Source: an uncultured bacterium (lineage in GTDB: Bacteria; UBA8248; JACPRG01; G963555815). Taken from it: 64,000 bases of DNA. The position numbers and the translations under genes were made by a program. The stretch covers positions 2,695 to 66,694 of the forward strand of contig CAYTIB010000114.1 of the NCBI GenBank assembly GCA_964437725.1, in the 5' to 3' direction. The notes below the pieces were generated by a model that saw nothing but the letters and a program-made list of their open reading frames with translations, made no database searches and was not told the origin of the DNA. Of this stretch, positions 9,859 through 18,600 are shown piece after piece; the first letter of the stretch is position 1; the number at the start of each line of letters is the position of its first letter.

Positions 9859-9920
9859 GTCTCAGCTTGATTTGATAAGTTTAATCAAATGAGCGTGATT
9901 GTCCGTCATGCATACCCATG

Positions 9921-10940
9921 TTACAAAAAGAATATCCCTATCAGAATTAGGTACAACAAGTACGTGCCTACGAGAGCACTCCCTTGGGCTTTGCTGAGGT
10001 GGTTTCCCCGCAACCCGAATACCAGAAGTAATGAAACTATTAAAATAGAGAATGGGACATCAAGCACCCTTGTCTGAGTGACTATGGGTAATGGATTGGC
10101 CAGAGCGCTTACACCAATGACCCAAAAAATATCCAGTACGTTGGCGCCAAGAATATTTCCCAGACTTAAGTCGACGTTCCCCCGGATTATGGATGTGATT
10201 GCGAGTACAATCTCTGGAAGGGACGTACCAACGGCTACGATGGTCAAACCAATTATGAGCTCTGAGACTCCAGTGTACCGAGCTATTTGAGCTCCATTTT
10301 CCACCAAGAGGATGCATCCCACACTGACACAGCCGGCTCCAGCAATAAACCACAATATCGGAGAGAGCCAATCTTTTGGGGAAATCTTAGGAGGGGATTT
10401 GTCGAATTCCTTTTTTGTTGAGGACTGTTTCCAACTAAGGAAAAGAAATGCACATAGAGCGAGCGTAAAGATTATTCCAATAGTTTTTCCAATCTCCTGG
10501 CCAAGGGTTGCAATCGCCATTGCGATTGCTGCAGCAAGAGCACAAAGTCCTTGGAACTGAAAATTCTCTTTGGGAATGGGATATGACTTAATCATCGCGG
10601 CCAAACCCACAATTAATCCGATGTTGAAAAGGTAGGAACCCAACGCGTTTCCAACAGACATCAAGGTTTTTCCGGAGGAAGCCGCAATGAAGGAGGTTAA
10701 GAACTCTGGAAAGGTAGTAGCAAGACTTACAATGGTGGCACCTACTACCACTTTGGGGATATTTGCTGCTTTGGCAATAAAAATAGCTCCGGATTCAAAT
10801 TTTGTTGCCCCCCATACTACCAACATTGTCCCCAGGGAAAACAAAGTTAAGTTTGCAAAAAAACTTAGATCCAGAAAATAGGATTCCAACAGATAATCCT
10901 CAGGTTCGGTTCGTCCCTTTTTCGTGCGGGGACTCCTCAT
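9921..10940 (-). CDS. Ca2+/Na+ antiporter, CaCA (YrbG-like) family
   Basis: 339-aa polytopic membrane protein with the two alpha-repeat signatures (GTSLPE… GNILGAN and …GNALGS). Confidence 0.8.
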   Translation of the reverse strand: MRSPRTKKGRTEPEDYLLESYFLDLSFFANLTLFSLGTMLVVWGATKFESGAIFIAKAANIPKVVVGATIVSLATTFPEFLTSFIAASSGKTLMSVGNALGSYLFNIGLIVGLAAMIKSYPIPKENFQFQGLCALAAAIAMAIATLGQEIGKTIGIIFTLALCAFLFLSWKQSSTKKEFDKSPPKISPKDWLSPILWFIAGAGCVSVGCILLVENGAQIARYTGVSELIIGLTIVAVGTSLPEIVLAITSIIRGNVDLSLGNILGANVLDIFWVIGVSALANPLPIVTQTRVLDVPFSILIVSLLLVFGLRGNHLSKAQGSALVGTYLLYLILIGIFFL

Positions 10941-11348
10941 TTACGTAGCGAGAGTACCTAGGTTTTTTTCAGCGGGATAGCATGTAAGTCATTGAAATCA
11001 AAAGAATATTAAAATGTAACCACCGTATCACCAACTACGCCATTTTCTTACCATCGAACTAGGCAGATACATATCCTTAGGAATCATATTCTTTATCCTC
11101 AAATCCAACAACCCCCAATTATATGTATATGTTGGGTGCAGGCTGTGTGTATTGTATGGCTACCCTAAAATATTGGCTAGGCCCAAAACAAGAAGGCAGG
11201 GCGTACATTTAATTATTGCCAGTATCAATTTTTGAAACGAACCAACACCAACTGTCACCAATCGGGACCAGGGGGTTTAGGGCGAGAGCCCTGTGAACAT
11301 TGGGTGTGGAAAACCACCGGTATTTGGGTTGGATGATTTAGGATTAGT

Positions 11349-12062
11349 TTAGGATTGCGATTTGATATTTTGAGGCGCAATTAGGACGACAAACTCACCT
11401 TTAGGTTTTTTCTTAGTGATCTCTTTGGCGACTTCTTCTGCCGTACCGTGAAATTTTTCTTCATAAATTTTTGTCATCTCGCGGATAACGACGATCTGTC
11501 GCTCTCCTACCGTTTCTTGAAGTTCCTGGAGAAGCTTCTTAATCCGGTGGGGAGATTCGTAGAGGACAACCGTGCGAGACTCCATTCTAAGGTTTTCAAG
11601 CTGGCGGAGTCGTCGACCCGACTTGACAGGCAGAAATCCCTCGAAGGCGAATCGGTCGGTCGGTAGGCCACCGCACGACAAAGCAGCGATGACAGCCGAT
11701 GGGCCCGGAATTGGAACGACTGTCACCCCAGCCTCCACAGCACGTTTCACCAAATAATACCCCGGGTCGGAAATGCCAGGGGTTCCAGAATCCGTTACCA
11801 GTGCCACAGTGATTCCTTCATGCAGCTGCTGAAGCAAAGAAGGGGTCCGCGCTTCTTTATTATGATCGTGATAGCTTTCGAGCTTTTTCCCCGTAATTCC
11901 GTGTCTAGAGAGTAACTTTCGAGTGTGTCTGGTGTCCTCGGCTGCAATGAGATCTGCGGCTTCAAGGGTTTTTAGGGCCCTCAGGGTAATGTCTTCCAAG
12001 TTTCCTATGGGGGTGGCAACGACAAATAGTGTGCCAGTACCACCTTCTCCTCGAGCAATCAT
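11349..12062 (-). CDS. rsmI: 16S rRNA (cytidine1402-2'-O)-methyltransferase RsmI
   Basis: 237 aa with the tetrapyrrole-methylase fold signature (LFVVATPIGNLEDIT.RAL… AEDTR.T..LL… SDSGTPGISDPG). Confidence 0.9.
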   Translation of the reverse strand: MIARGEGGTGTLFVVATPIGNLEDITLRALKTLEAADLIAAEDTRHTRKLLSRHGITGKKLESYHDHNKEARTPSLLQQLHEGITVALVTDSGTPGISDPGYYLVKRAVEAGVTVVPIPGPSAVIAALSCGGLPTDRFAFEGFLPVKSGRRLRQLENLRMESRTVVLYESPHRIKKLLQELQETVGERQIVVIREMTKIYEEKFHGTAEEVAKEITKKKPKGEFVVLIAPQNIKSQS

Positions 12063-12242
12063 TTTGTCATTCTAAGCGACTAAAGGGTCTCTCGACGAGG
12101 GCTTCCAAGAATTTTAATCAATTCGCCCTTGTCTCCCATCTTAAATAGGATACTATGATGACGGAATATGATTTGTGCTTACAAGTCTCGTTCACAAAGC
12201 CTGATTAGCAAATGGTAACCTCTTTTGGGGAAGATGCGAGCT

Positions 12243-13307
12243 ATGAAGTTTTATGAACATCTGATTCGGCCTGCGTTGTTCACACTTTCTGCGGAGCGAG
12301 CACATGAAGTTGCAAAGCGAGTCCTTGGATTTGAAACTCCTTGGCGACAGCTTGCAGGTCGGTTTGAATTTTGTGATCGTCGACTGGAAACACGGGTGGG
12401 AGGTCTTCACCAGTCTAGTCCCATCGGTCTAACAGCAGGGTTAGATAAGGATGCTGAAGCCTTACCAGGTCTTTTCCACCTAGGCTTTGGTAGCCTCACT
12501 ATCGGAACTATTATGCCATCGGTCAGGAAGGGAAACCCCAAGCCTCGCATGGTGCGTCTTCCTGATCGGATGGCCGTTATCGATCATATGGGTCTGCCGT
12601 CAAAGGGCATAGAATATGGAGTGTCAAGGCTGAAATTGTTTCGTGATTGCCACCCAATAGGTCAGGGTCCTCCTGTTATCGTCAGTTTGGGTGGGCTTAC
12701 CATTGACGAACTTTTGACATCCCACCGATCTGTTGAGCCGCTATCGGATGCCATCGAATTTGATTTGACTTGTCCAAACGTTACTGAAAGAGGAGATTTC
12801 GAAACCGTTGACGGTATTGAACAATTTGTAAGGAGACTTGTTGATGTGCGGAGTAAGCCGTGCTTTTTTCGATTACCCCTTCGTCTTTCAGACGAGAATT
12901 GGCGCAAGTCTCTTGCCATCAGTGAGATTGTCATAAAGTATGGTATGGATGGAGTAACGCCAGCCGGTGGTGTTGCCATTGATGATGACCGTTTAGCTTT
13001 GAAAAAAGGTGCATTAGCGGGCAAGCCTCTCTTGGAGAATTCAATTCAGATTCTCCGGGATTTGAGGAGCGCATTTGGCGAGGAAATCGTGATACGTATT
13101 GCAGGGGGAGCGACGAGTGGTGAAGATGTTTTCAGAATGCTGGAAGCGGGTGCAGATGCCGTCAATGTTCTAACGGCTTTTATTTTTAGAGGTCCCGGTG
13201 CGGTGGCAGCCATGAACAGGGAGTTGATTGAAAAAATGGATTTAGAGGGAGTGGGATCCATCGGGGAAATCCGATCCCGGGCAACTTCTAAAGTACCCAG
13301 TTCTTGA
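12243..13307 (+). CDS. Dihydroorotate-dehydrogenase-like flavoenzyme, divergent paralog A
   Basis: DHOD-fold motifs are ERAHE N-terminal helix, GLTAGLDKD, GNPKPR, DLTCPNV and GGATSGEDV. The ORF opens at TTG 12225. ATG 12243 has GGGGAAG upstream, and ATG 12234 is also possible. Confidence 0.75.
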   Translation: MKFYEHLIRPALFTLSAERAHEVAKRVLGFETPWRQLAGRFEFCDRRLETRVGGLHQSSPIGLTAGLDKDAEALPGLFHLGFGSLTIGTIMPSVRKGNPKPRMVRLPDRMAVIDHMGLPSKGIEYGVSRLKLFRDCHPIGQGPPVIVSLGGLTIDELLTSHRSVEPLSDAIEFDLTCPNVTERGDFETVDGIEQFVRRLVDVRSKPCFFRLPLRLSDENWRKSLAISEIVIKYGMDGVTPAGGVAIDDDRLALKKGALAGKPLLENSIQILRDLRSAFGEEIVIRIAGGATSGEDVFRMLEAGADAVNVLTAFIFRGPGAVAAMNRELIEKMDLEGVGSIGEIRSRATSKVPSS

Positions 13308-13355
13308 CGCTAGTTTTTCTTGGTTTCCATAGTTTTAAGGCGAGAGAACTTTAGT

Positions 13356-14399
13356 ATGGGTTTTTACACTCGGACAGTTCGTCCTGTTCTTTTCGCACTA
13401 CCCGCTGAAAGTGCACATAACTTAGCCAAACGAGCTTTATCTTTCGAATTTCCTTGGCGTATTTTTGGGGAACAGCTGAAGGTTTTTAGCCCACGGTTGG
13501 AATGTGAGGTTGCAGGACTTTTCCAGCTTAGCCCGTTTGGTCTTACGGCAGGTTTCGATAAAGACGCCTTGGCCCTTCCAGGTCTTTCGCACCTCGGATT
13601 CGGAAGTGTTACTGTTGGGGCCATTTTGCCGAAGTATAGGGCGGGAAATCCGAAACCTCGTTTAGCTAGATGCCCAGCGGAAGCGGCGTTGGTCAACTGT
13701 ATGGGGCTCCCTTCTAAAGGTCTCGACTACGCTGTTAATAATCTTCAACGTTATCATGCAGTTCGTCCTGTTGATGGCCCGCCGATTATTGCGAATGTCG
13801 GAGGATTTTCCATCGATGAGATTCTGGCTACATTCAGAGCTACGGAACCATATGTGGACGCTGTTGAGTTGGATCTAACCTGTCCAAACGTGATGATGGA
13901 AGGAGAACTGTCAAAGCTTGAAGGTATCCGGTCCGCCATGGAGCAAGTAGTGGTGGAGAGGACCAAGCCGGTATTTACGAAGCTTCCATTACGAACGTCT
14001 GAAAAAGATTGGGGGAAAGCGATCGAAATGTCCATCGCTGCAGCCGAAGCAGGGTTGGATGGGATCACGGCTGCGGGGAATCTTCGTGTCCAGGACCAGC
14101 GGCTTTCAAAATCCGAAGCATCTTTGACTGGTCGACCGTGCTTCGAAAATACTTTGAAGGTCGTCCGCGAGTTGCGGGGGGCCATCGGTAGGCGTTTGGC
14201 AGTTCGAGTGTCCGGTGGGGTATCGTCCGGAGAGGATGTCTATCGTCTGCTGCAGGCTGGAGCAGATGCTGCAAATGCCTACACGTCATTTGTTTACCAT
14301 GGACCCTCAATTGCAGCCCGAATCAACCAGGAGTTACTTTTAAAGATGGATGAAGAAGGCGTGGGGTCTGTAAATGAGTTGAAAGAGTGGCGGTTTTGA
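13356..14399 (+). CDS. Dihydroorotate-dehydrogenase-like flavoenzyme, divergent paralog B
   Basis: Alignable end to end with paralog A (AESAHN, GLTAGFDKD, GNPKPR, DLTCPNV, GGVSSGEDV). ATG 13356 is preceded by AAGGCGAGAG. The ORF opens at 13320. Confidence 0.75.
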   Translation: MGFYTRTVRPVLFALPAESAHNLAKRALSFEFPWRIFGEQLKVFSPRLECEVAGLFQLSPFGLTAGFDKDALALPGLSHLGFGSVTVGAILPKYRAGNPKPRLARCPAEAALVNCMGLPSKGLDYAVNNLQRYHAVRPVDGPPIIANVGGFSIDEILATFRATEPYVDAVELDLTCPNVMMEGELSKLEGIRSAMEQVVVERTKPVFTKLPLRTSEKDWGKAIEMSIAAAEAGLDGITAAGNLRVQDQRLSKSEASLTGRPCFENTLKVVRELRGAIGRRLAVRVSGGVSSGEDVYRLLQAGADAANAYTSFVYHGPSIAARINQELLLKMDEEGVGSVNELKEWRF

Positions 14400-14525
14400 T
14401 CCAGCAAAGAGCCCTCATTCGGGTGCTAACCTGGTCTCTACCAGATCCCACATTTGTTGGATCTGGGCAGTGCCAACTTATCTGTGCGATAGAGATCCTT
14501 CATCCATTCTCGCGGGCTTTGTCCG

Positions 14526-15260
14526 ATGAATAGAAATATCCTTCGAATTTCACTTCCAATCTTACGCAAGTTGTTTTCGCTAGTTTATTCCAGCTCTCAC
14601 CCGAAAGGATTAAAGAAAGAGGATGCGGAATTTTTGAAAAAGCTTGATCTCGAGGGACGTACTGTCTATGACGTTGGTGCCTACAAGGGTTACTATAGTC
14701 TGTTTTTTGCCCGGGCGGTTGGGTCTCAGGGTCGGGTTATATCATTTGAACCACACCCCTTGAATTTTCAAAAATTGACGAAACGGATCAAGAGAAACCT
14801 GCTTGAAAATGTTGAAGTGCGCCAGATTGCCATAGGAAAAGAAAGTGGGCGGAGGGTATTAGCGTTTCGGATGTCTGGAACAGGAACGGCGAGTCTTCAA
14901 GAAGGTTTAAAGGGAAATATTTCCCGAGAAGGTGGGAGCCAAACTATTAATGTTGACGTGGACTCGTTAGATCATTTGATATCCGTCCAAAAATTGCCAC
15001 AACCGGATTTCATGAAGGTCGATGTCGAGGGTCTCGAGATGGAAGTTCTTTCGGGGATGAAGGGCACGTTAAAGCAGTACAAGCCAGAGCTACTCATTGA
15101 AATTCACGGGGCAGAACGAGAGAGCAAATTGAAAAATGCAGGGAAAATTGTCGATTTTCTAATAGATCAGAGATATTCCCTTCGACATGTTGAATCCAAT
15201 TTGGAAATTACCGCCAATAATTTTGAAATTGCTAGGGAAGGACATTTGTATTGTTTCTAG
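14526..15260 (+). CDS. FkbM-family SAM-dependent methyltransferase
   Basis: 244 aa with the SAM motif VYDVGAYKGYYS and FkbM-like downstream blocks (FEP.P.N…, DF.K.DVEG.E..VL.G). Confidence 0.7.
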   Translation: MNRNILRISLPILRKLFSLVYSSSHPKGLKKEDAEFLKKLDLEGRTVYDVGAYKGYYSLFFARAVGSQGRVISFEPHPLNFQKLTKRIKRNLLENVEVRQIAIGKESGRRVLAFRMSGTGTASLQEGLKGNISREGGSQTINVDVDSLDHLISVQKLPQPDFMKVDVEGLEMEVLSGMKGTLKQYKPELLIEIHGAERESKLKNAGKIVDFLIDQRYSLRHVESNLEITANNFEIAREGHLYCF

Positions 15261-15273
15261 CCTTTTTCTTAGG

Positions 15274-15303
15274 AAGATGGAGAGGGTTGTCCGCATCTTT
15301 TTT
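15274..15303 (+). terminator. Possible intrinsic terminator after the FkbM-like gene
   Basis: Stem AAGATG (15274-15279) pairs with CATCTT (15294-15299) and is followed by a T-run through 15303. The loop is long (14 nt), so this is a weak call. Confidence 0.35.
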
Positions 15304-15383
15304 GATAAATCCGGGCAACTCGAAATGCTCTGAAAGGGTTAGTCCAAATTTTAAATCATAGTTTGTTGCGTGAGATACCTTGA

Positions 15384-15875
15384 TCAATTTGGTGCGACAG
15401 ATGATGCGGCAATGTTCCAATCCTTCCACTCTTTGAATACTTTTTCTGCCTGCTCTTCGAGGACACCCCGAATGACCTGAATGGTTAGACCGCTCAATTC
15501 CACCACCCGCTCTATGGTGTAATCCTTTAAATCGTATCGTCCGCTAGAAAGCCGGCGAAGAACTTCTGGGCCGGCGCCAATGACAACCGTACTTACACCA
15601 GAATAAATTGCTGCTCCGGCACACATAGGGCAAGGATCACAGTTAGCGTACATTGTACAACCACGCATGTCGCCGGTGCCCAAAAATTGAGCGGCCTGGC
15701 GAATTGCATTCATCTCGGCGTGTGCTGTTGGGTCTTTTGTGGCTACTCCTGTACTTTTTCCCTTACCGATGACTTGATCATTTTTTACGATAATGCCGCC
15801 GTATGGTAAGAATCCATTTTGGACGCCGTCTTCAGCTTCCTGAATGGCCATGGCCATATATTTTGCATGGTCCAT
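15384..15875 (-). CDS. CDA-fold (cytidine/deoxycytidylate deaminase family) nucleobase deaminase, guanine-deaminase-like, copy 1 (most divergent)
   Basis: Zn motifs HAE and PCPMC are intact (…DPTAHAEMNAIR… TMYANCDPCPMCAGA…). ATG 15875 (MDHAKYMAMAI) is preceded by CGGAGAAA. The longer ORF to 15959 would overlap copy 2. Confidence 0.8.
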   Translation of the reverse strand: MDHAKYMAMAIQEAEDGVQNGFLPYGGIIVKNDQVIGKGKSTGVATKDPTAHAEMNAIRQAAQFLGTGDMRGCTMYANCDPCPMCAGAAIYSGVSTVVIGAGPEVLRRLSSGRYDLKDYTIERVVELSGLTIQVIRGVLEEQAEKVFKEWKDWNIAASSVAPN

Positions 15876-15903
15876 CAAGATTTTTCTCCGTATTTTGTAG
15901 TTT

Positions 15904-16407
15904 CTATTGACCGGACCGTAATACATTTGGAGAGACGATCGATAAATCACCAAATTCACGAAAAGCGACCTTAACCTCTTCTTCCAGTATTCCTGTCCGG
16001 ACCTCCATTTCGAAACCGGTTAACTTTAATAAATGGTCGATGTTGTACTTATTCAGATCGTAATACCCTCTGGACTCATTTAGTAACGTTTCCATACTGG
16101 CCCCGATGACGATGGCTTTAACCCCTGAGGCGACAGTTGCCCACGCGCACATAGGACAGGGGTGGCATGAAGTATAAAGTGTGCAATTGGTGAGTTTCGA
16201 GGTTTTAAGGTTTTTTGCAGCATTTCGAACTGCCTCGATCTCCGCGTGTGCAGTCGGATCCCCAGTCGAATTGACGACATTACGTCCTTGTCCCACTACA
16301 TTTCCGTCACGCACGACGATGGACCCAAATGGCCGATCACCAGATTGAACCGCAGCACGCATTTCCCCAATGGCCATAGCCATAAATTTTTCGTGGTCCG
16401 CTTCCAT
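15904..16407 (-). CDS. CDA-fold nucleobase deaminase, guanine-deaminase-like, copy 2
   Basis: MEADHEKFMAMAI… DPTAHAEIEAVR… TLYTSCHPCPMC. The sequence closely parallels the B. subtilis GuaD pattern (GPFGAVIV…DPTAHAE…LYTSCEPCPMC). Confidence 0.85.
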   Translation of the reverse strand: MEADHEKFMAMAIGEMRAAVQSGDRPFGSIVVRDGNVVGQGRNVVNSTGDPTAHAEIEAVRNAAKNLKTSKLTNCTLYTSCHPCPMCAWATVASGVKAIVIGASMETLLNESRGYYDLNKYNIDHLLKLTGFEMEVRTGILEEEVKVAFREFGDLSIVSPNVLRSGQ

Positions 16408-16456
16408 CCAAAATCTCCCGATTCGGACTCATTGTTTTTTCAAACGGAAATTCTGG

Positions 16457-16924
16457 TTAAGAAATCGACCAGTCGTATTCGGTGAGAGCCTGTTCAGCAT
16501 CGTCCTGAAGCACTCCCCGGGTGATTTCAAGGGATGCGTGCATCTGTTCGGCGAGGTTTTCTGCCGTATATGTTCTACCCGGCACATTTTGAACCTCCGC
16601 TAGTTTTGCGGATCGGGCCCCTATGAACAATCGCTCAATCTGAGCCATCATTATTGCTCCGGCACACATAGGACAGGGGTCGCAGGACGTATAAAGGGTA
16701 CAACCTGCCAAACTTGCAGTCTTCATGTTGACCGAAGCGTCACGAACTGCATTAACCTCCGCGTGTGTGGTTGGATCTCCAGAGGAGTTAACCACATTGA
16801 AGGCTCGTCCAACGATATTCCCATCGCGCACTACGACTGATCCAAAGGGTTGCTCACCATTTCGGAGCCCTTTACGAGCTTCTGCAATAGCCACAGCCAT
16901 AAACTTCTCATGTTCGGTGCTCAT
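16457..16924 (-). CDS. CDA-fold nucleobase deaminase, guanine-deaminase-like, copy 3
   Basis: MSTEHEKFMAVAI… DPTTHAEVNAVR… TLYTSCDPCPMC. Start ATG 16924 is chosen by alignment with copies 2 and 4 and the upstream GGGAAGGGAAGG. The ORF is open to 16939. Confidence 0.85.
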   Translation of the reverse strand: MSTEHEKFMAVAIAEARKGLRNGEQPFGSVVVRDGNIVGRAFNVVNSSGDPTTHAEVNAVRDASVNMKTASLAGCTLYTSCDPCPMCAGAIMMAQIERLFIGARSAKLAEVQNVPGRTYTAENLAEQMHASLEITRGVLQDDAEQALTEYDWSIS

Positions 16925-16954
16925 TCCTTCCCTTCCCATGTTTGAGGTAAAGCA

Positions 16955-17443
16955 TCAGGTTTGCCGAATTTTCGAATCTAGTATCCATTGGTATTTTGCT
17001 AGTACGAGTTCTGCTTCCTCCTGCAGGACACCCCAGATAACTTGGAGGTCCATTTTGTACATTTCAGCAAGCCGGTCGGGATTGTATGTTCGCTCGCCTG
17101 TCTGGCCTCTCAGTTTAACTAGTGTGCTGCCCCGGCCGGCAATAACTAATGTTCCTATCCTGGCGTTAAGGATAGCTCCGCAACACATCGGACAAGGTTC
17201 ACAAGAAGTATATAGAGTGCTGCCTTCGAGGTTCGGAGTTTTCAATCGTACGGAAGTCTCCCTAACTACTTTGGTTTCCGCGTGTGCAGTGGGGTCGAAC
17301 GAAGAATTGACGGTGTTGTAGGCACTTCCGATCACCTCGTCGTCCCGAACGATAGCACTTCCGAATGGGGCCTCCCCACCACTCAGACCCTTGCGGGATT
17401 CCTCGATGGCCATGGCCATAAACTTCTCATGGTTTTCACTCAT
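16955..17443 (-). CDS. CDA-fold nucleobase deaminase, guanine-deaminase-like, copy 4
   Basis: MSENHEKFMAMAI… DPTAHAETKVVR… TLYTSCEPCPMC. ATG 17443-17441 overlaps the TGA stop (17442-17440) of the upstream LLM gene as an ATGA coupling. Confidence 0.85.
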   Translation of the reverse strand: MSENHEKFMAMAIEESRKGLSGGEAPFGSAIVRDDEVIGSAYNTVNSSFDPTAHAETKVVRETSVRLKTPNLEGSTLYTSCEPCPMCCGAILNARIGTLVIAGRGSTLVKLRGQTGERTYNPDRLAEMYKMDLQVIWGVLQEEAELVLAKYQWILDSKIRQT

Positions 17444-18453
17444 GTTGGAGCTCCTTTTTCGCGATTCCATTGTTCTGCCACAAGTCTAAGAGCATGTTTT
17501 CGGCTCTCCGGGGACCCGCGAAGAGCCAGGATGGGAATTTCAAGTCCCGTCTTGAGGTATTCTGATATACGATCGGTTGCCATCTTCGGCGTACCTGTTA
17601 CCGTAAAGGCATGAACGATTTTCTCTGGCAAAAGACGGCGCATGGTTATCCAGTCTTCCTTGACAAGTGCATTATTAACCGCATCGATATCAAGATTCAC
17701 TCCAGTTAGTTCAAGATTTGTCCGTAATCCAGGATTTCGGAGCAAATAGCCGAGCCCCTTTTGCGCTTCAAGGAGAGCGTCTTCGTAATTTTCTGAAATA
17801 GAGGTCATTATTAGACTGGCATATGTGAAGTTCCCCCCATCATTCCCGCTTCTCTTTCGGCCAATCTCGGTTTGTTCCATGGCCCATTCGATGTACTGGG
17901 GTGATACGGATGCGGAGAAAACGACCCCGTCGGATACTTCTCCGGCAAGTTGGCACATCTTCTCGCCGATGGCCGCAAGATAAATAGGAATTGAGGGTCC
18001 TGGAATTTCGAAGTCAATGTGGGCTCCCTTGAGGCTCAAGGTCTCACCGGTGAACTCTACTCGGTTCCTTTTGGCATCCCAAATTTGTCGTATAGAGCAA
18101 ATCATATCCCGCATATGGGCTAGTGGTTTCTTTAAAGGGATCCCCATCTCACGTATCACCTGTGCATTGGCTGTTCCAGCACAGAGAGCTGTGCGGCCTG
18201 GAGCGTACTCCGCTAATGTTGCTACCCCCATCGCCCAAAAAAGGGGATGAGCAACGTAGGGACTAAGTGCGGTAGGTATGACGAGTGTGTTTTTTGTTTC
18301 TGCTAGAAAGGCGATCGATGAAGAAACGGCATCTCGATATCCTAGGTGTTGATCAGCCCAGATGGAATGAAAACCCGCCTCGTCGGCAATTCGGCACATA
18401 TCAACCATGTCGGAGAGCGAAATGCGTCCATCCAAATCGATACCAAGCTTCAT
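17440..18453 (-). CDS. LLM-class (luciferase-like) flavin/F420-dependent oxidoreductase, Mer-like
   Basis: 337 aa from ATG 18453, which has GGAGG 6 nt upstream. It has the typical LLM N-terminus (MKLGIDLDG…AGFHSIWADQHL…) and a TIM-barrel pattern resembling methylene-H4MPT reductase-type F420 enzymes. Confidence 0.75.
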   Translation of the reverse strand: MKLGIDLDGRISLSDMVDMCRIADEAGFHSIWADQHLGYRDAVSSSIAFLAETKNTLVIPTALSPYVAHPLFWAMGVATLAEYAPGRTALCAGTANAQVIREMGIPLKKPLAHMRDMICSIRQIWDAKRNRVEFTGETLSLKGAHIDFEIPGPSIPIYLAAIGEKMCQLAGEVSDGVVFSASVSPQYIEWAMEQTEIGRKRSGNDGGNFTYASLIMTSISENYEDALLEAQKGLGYLLRNPGLRTNLELTGVNLDIDAVNNALVKEDWITMRRLLPEKIVHAFTVTGTPKMATDRISEYLKTGLEIPILALRGSPESRKHALRLVAEQWNREKGAPT

Positions 18454-18600
18454 TGAAACCTCCAACCAAAAACAAAACTTGTCACCACTTAGTCCGGATA
18501 CCCTCAGACGGTATATGTGCAGCAAAATCCGATGAAAGCGCACCACAGATGACTCGAAAAGAGGAAATCCCTCTCTTCTGAATTCGGGTGGGCATTCCTT

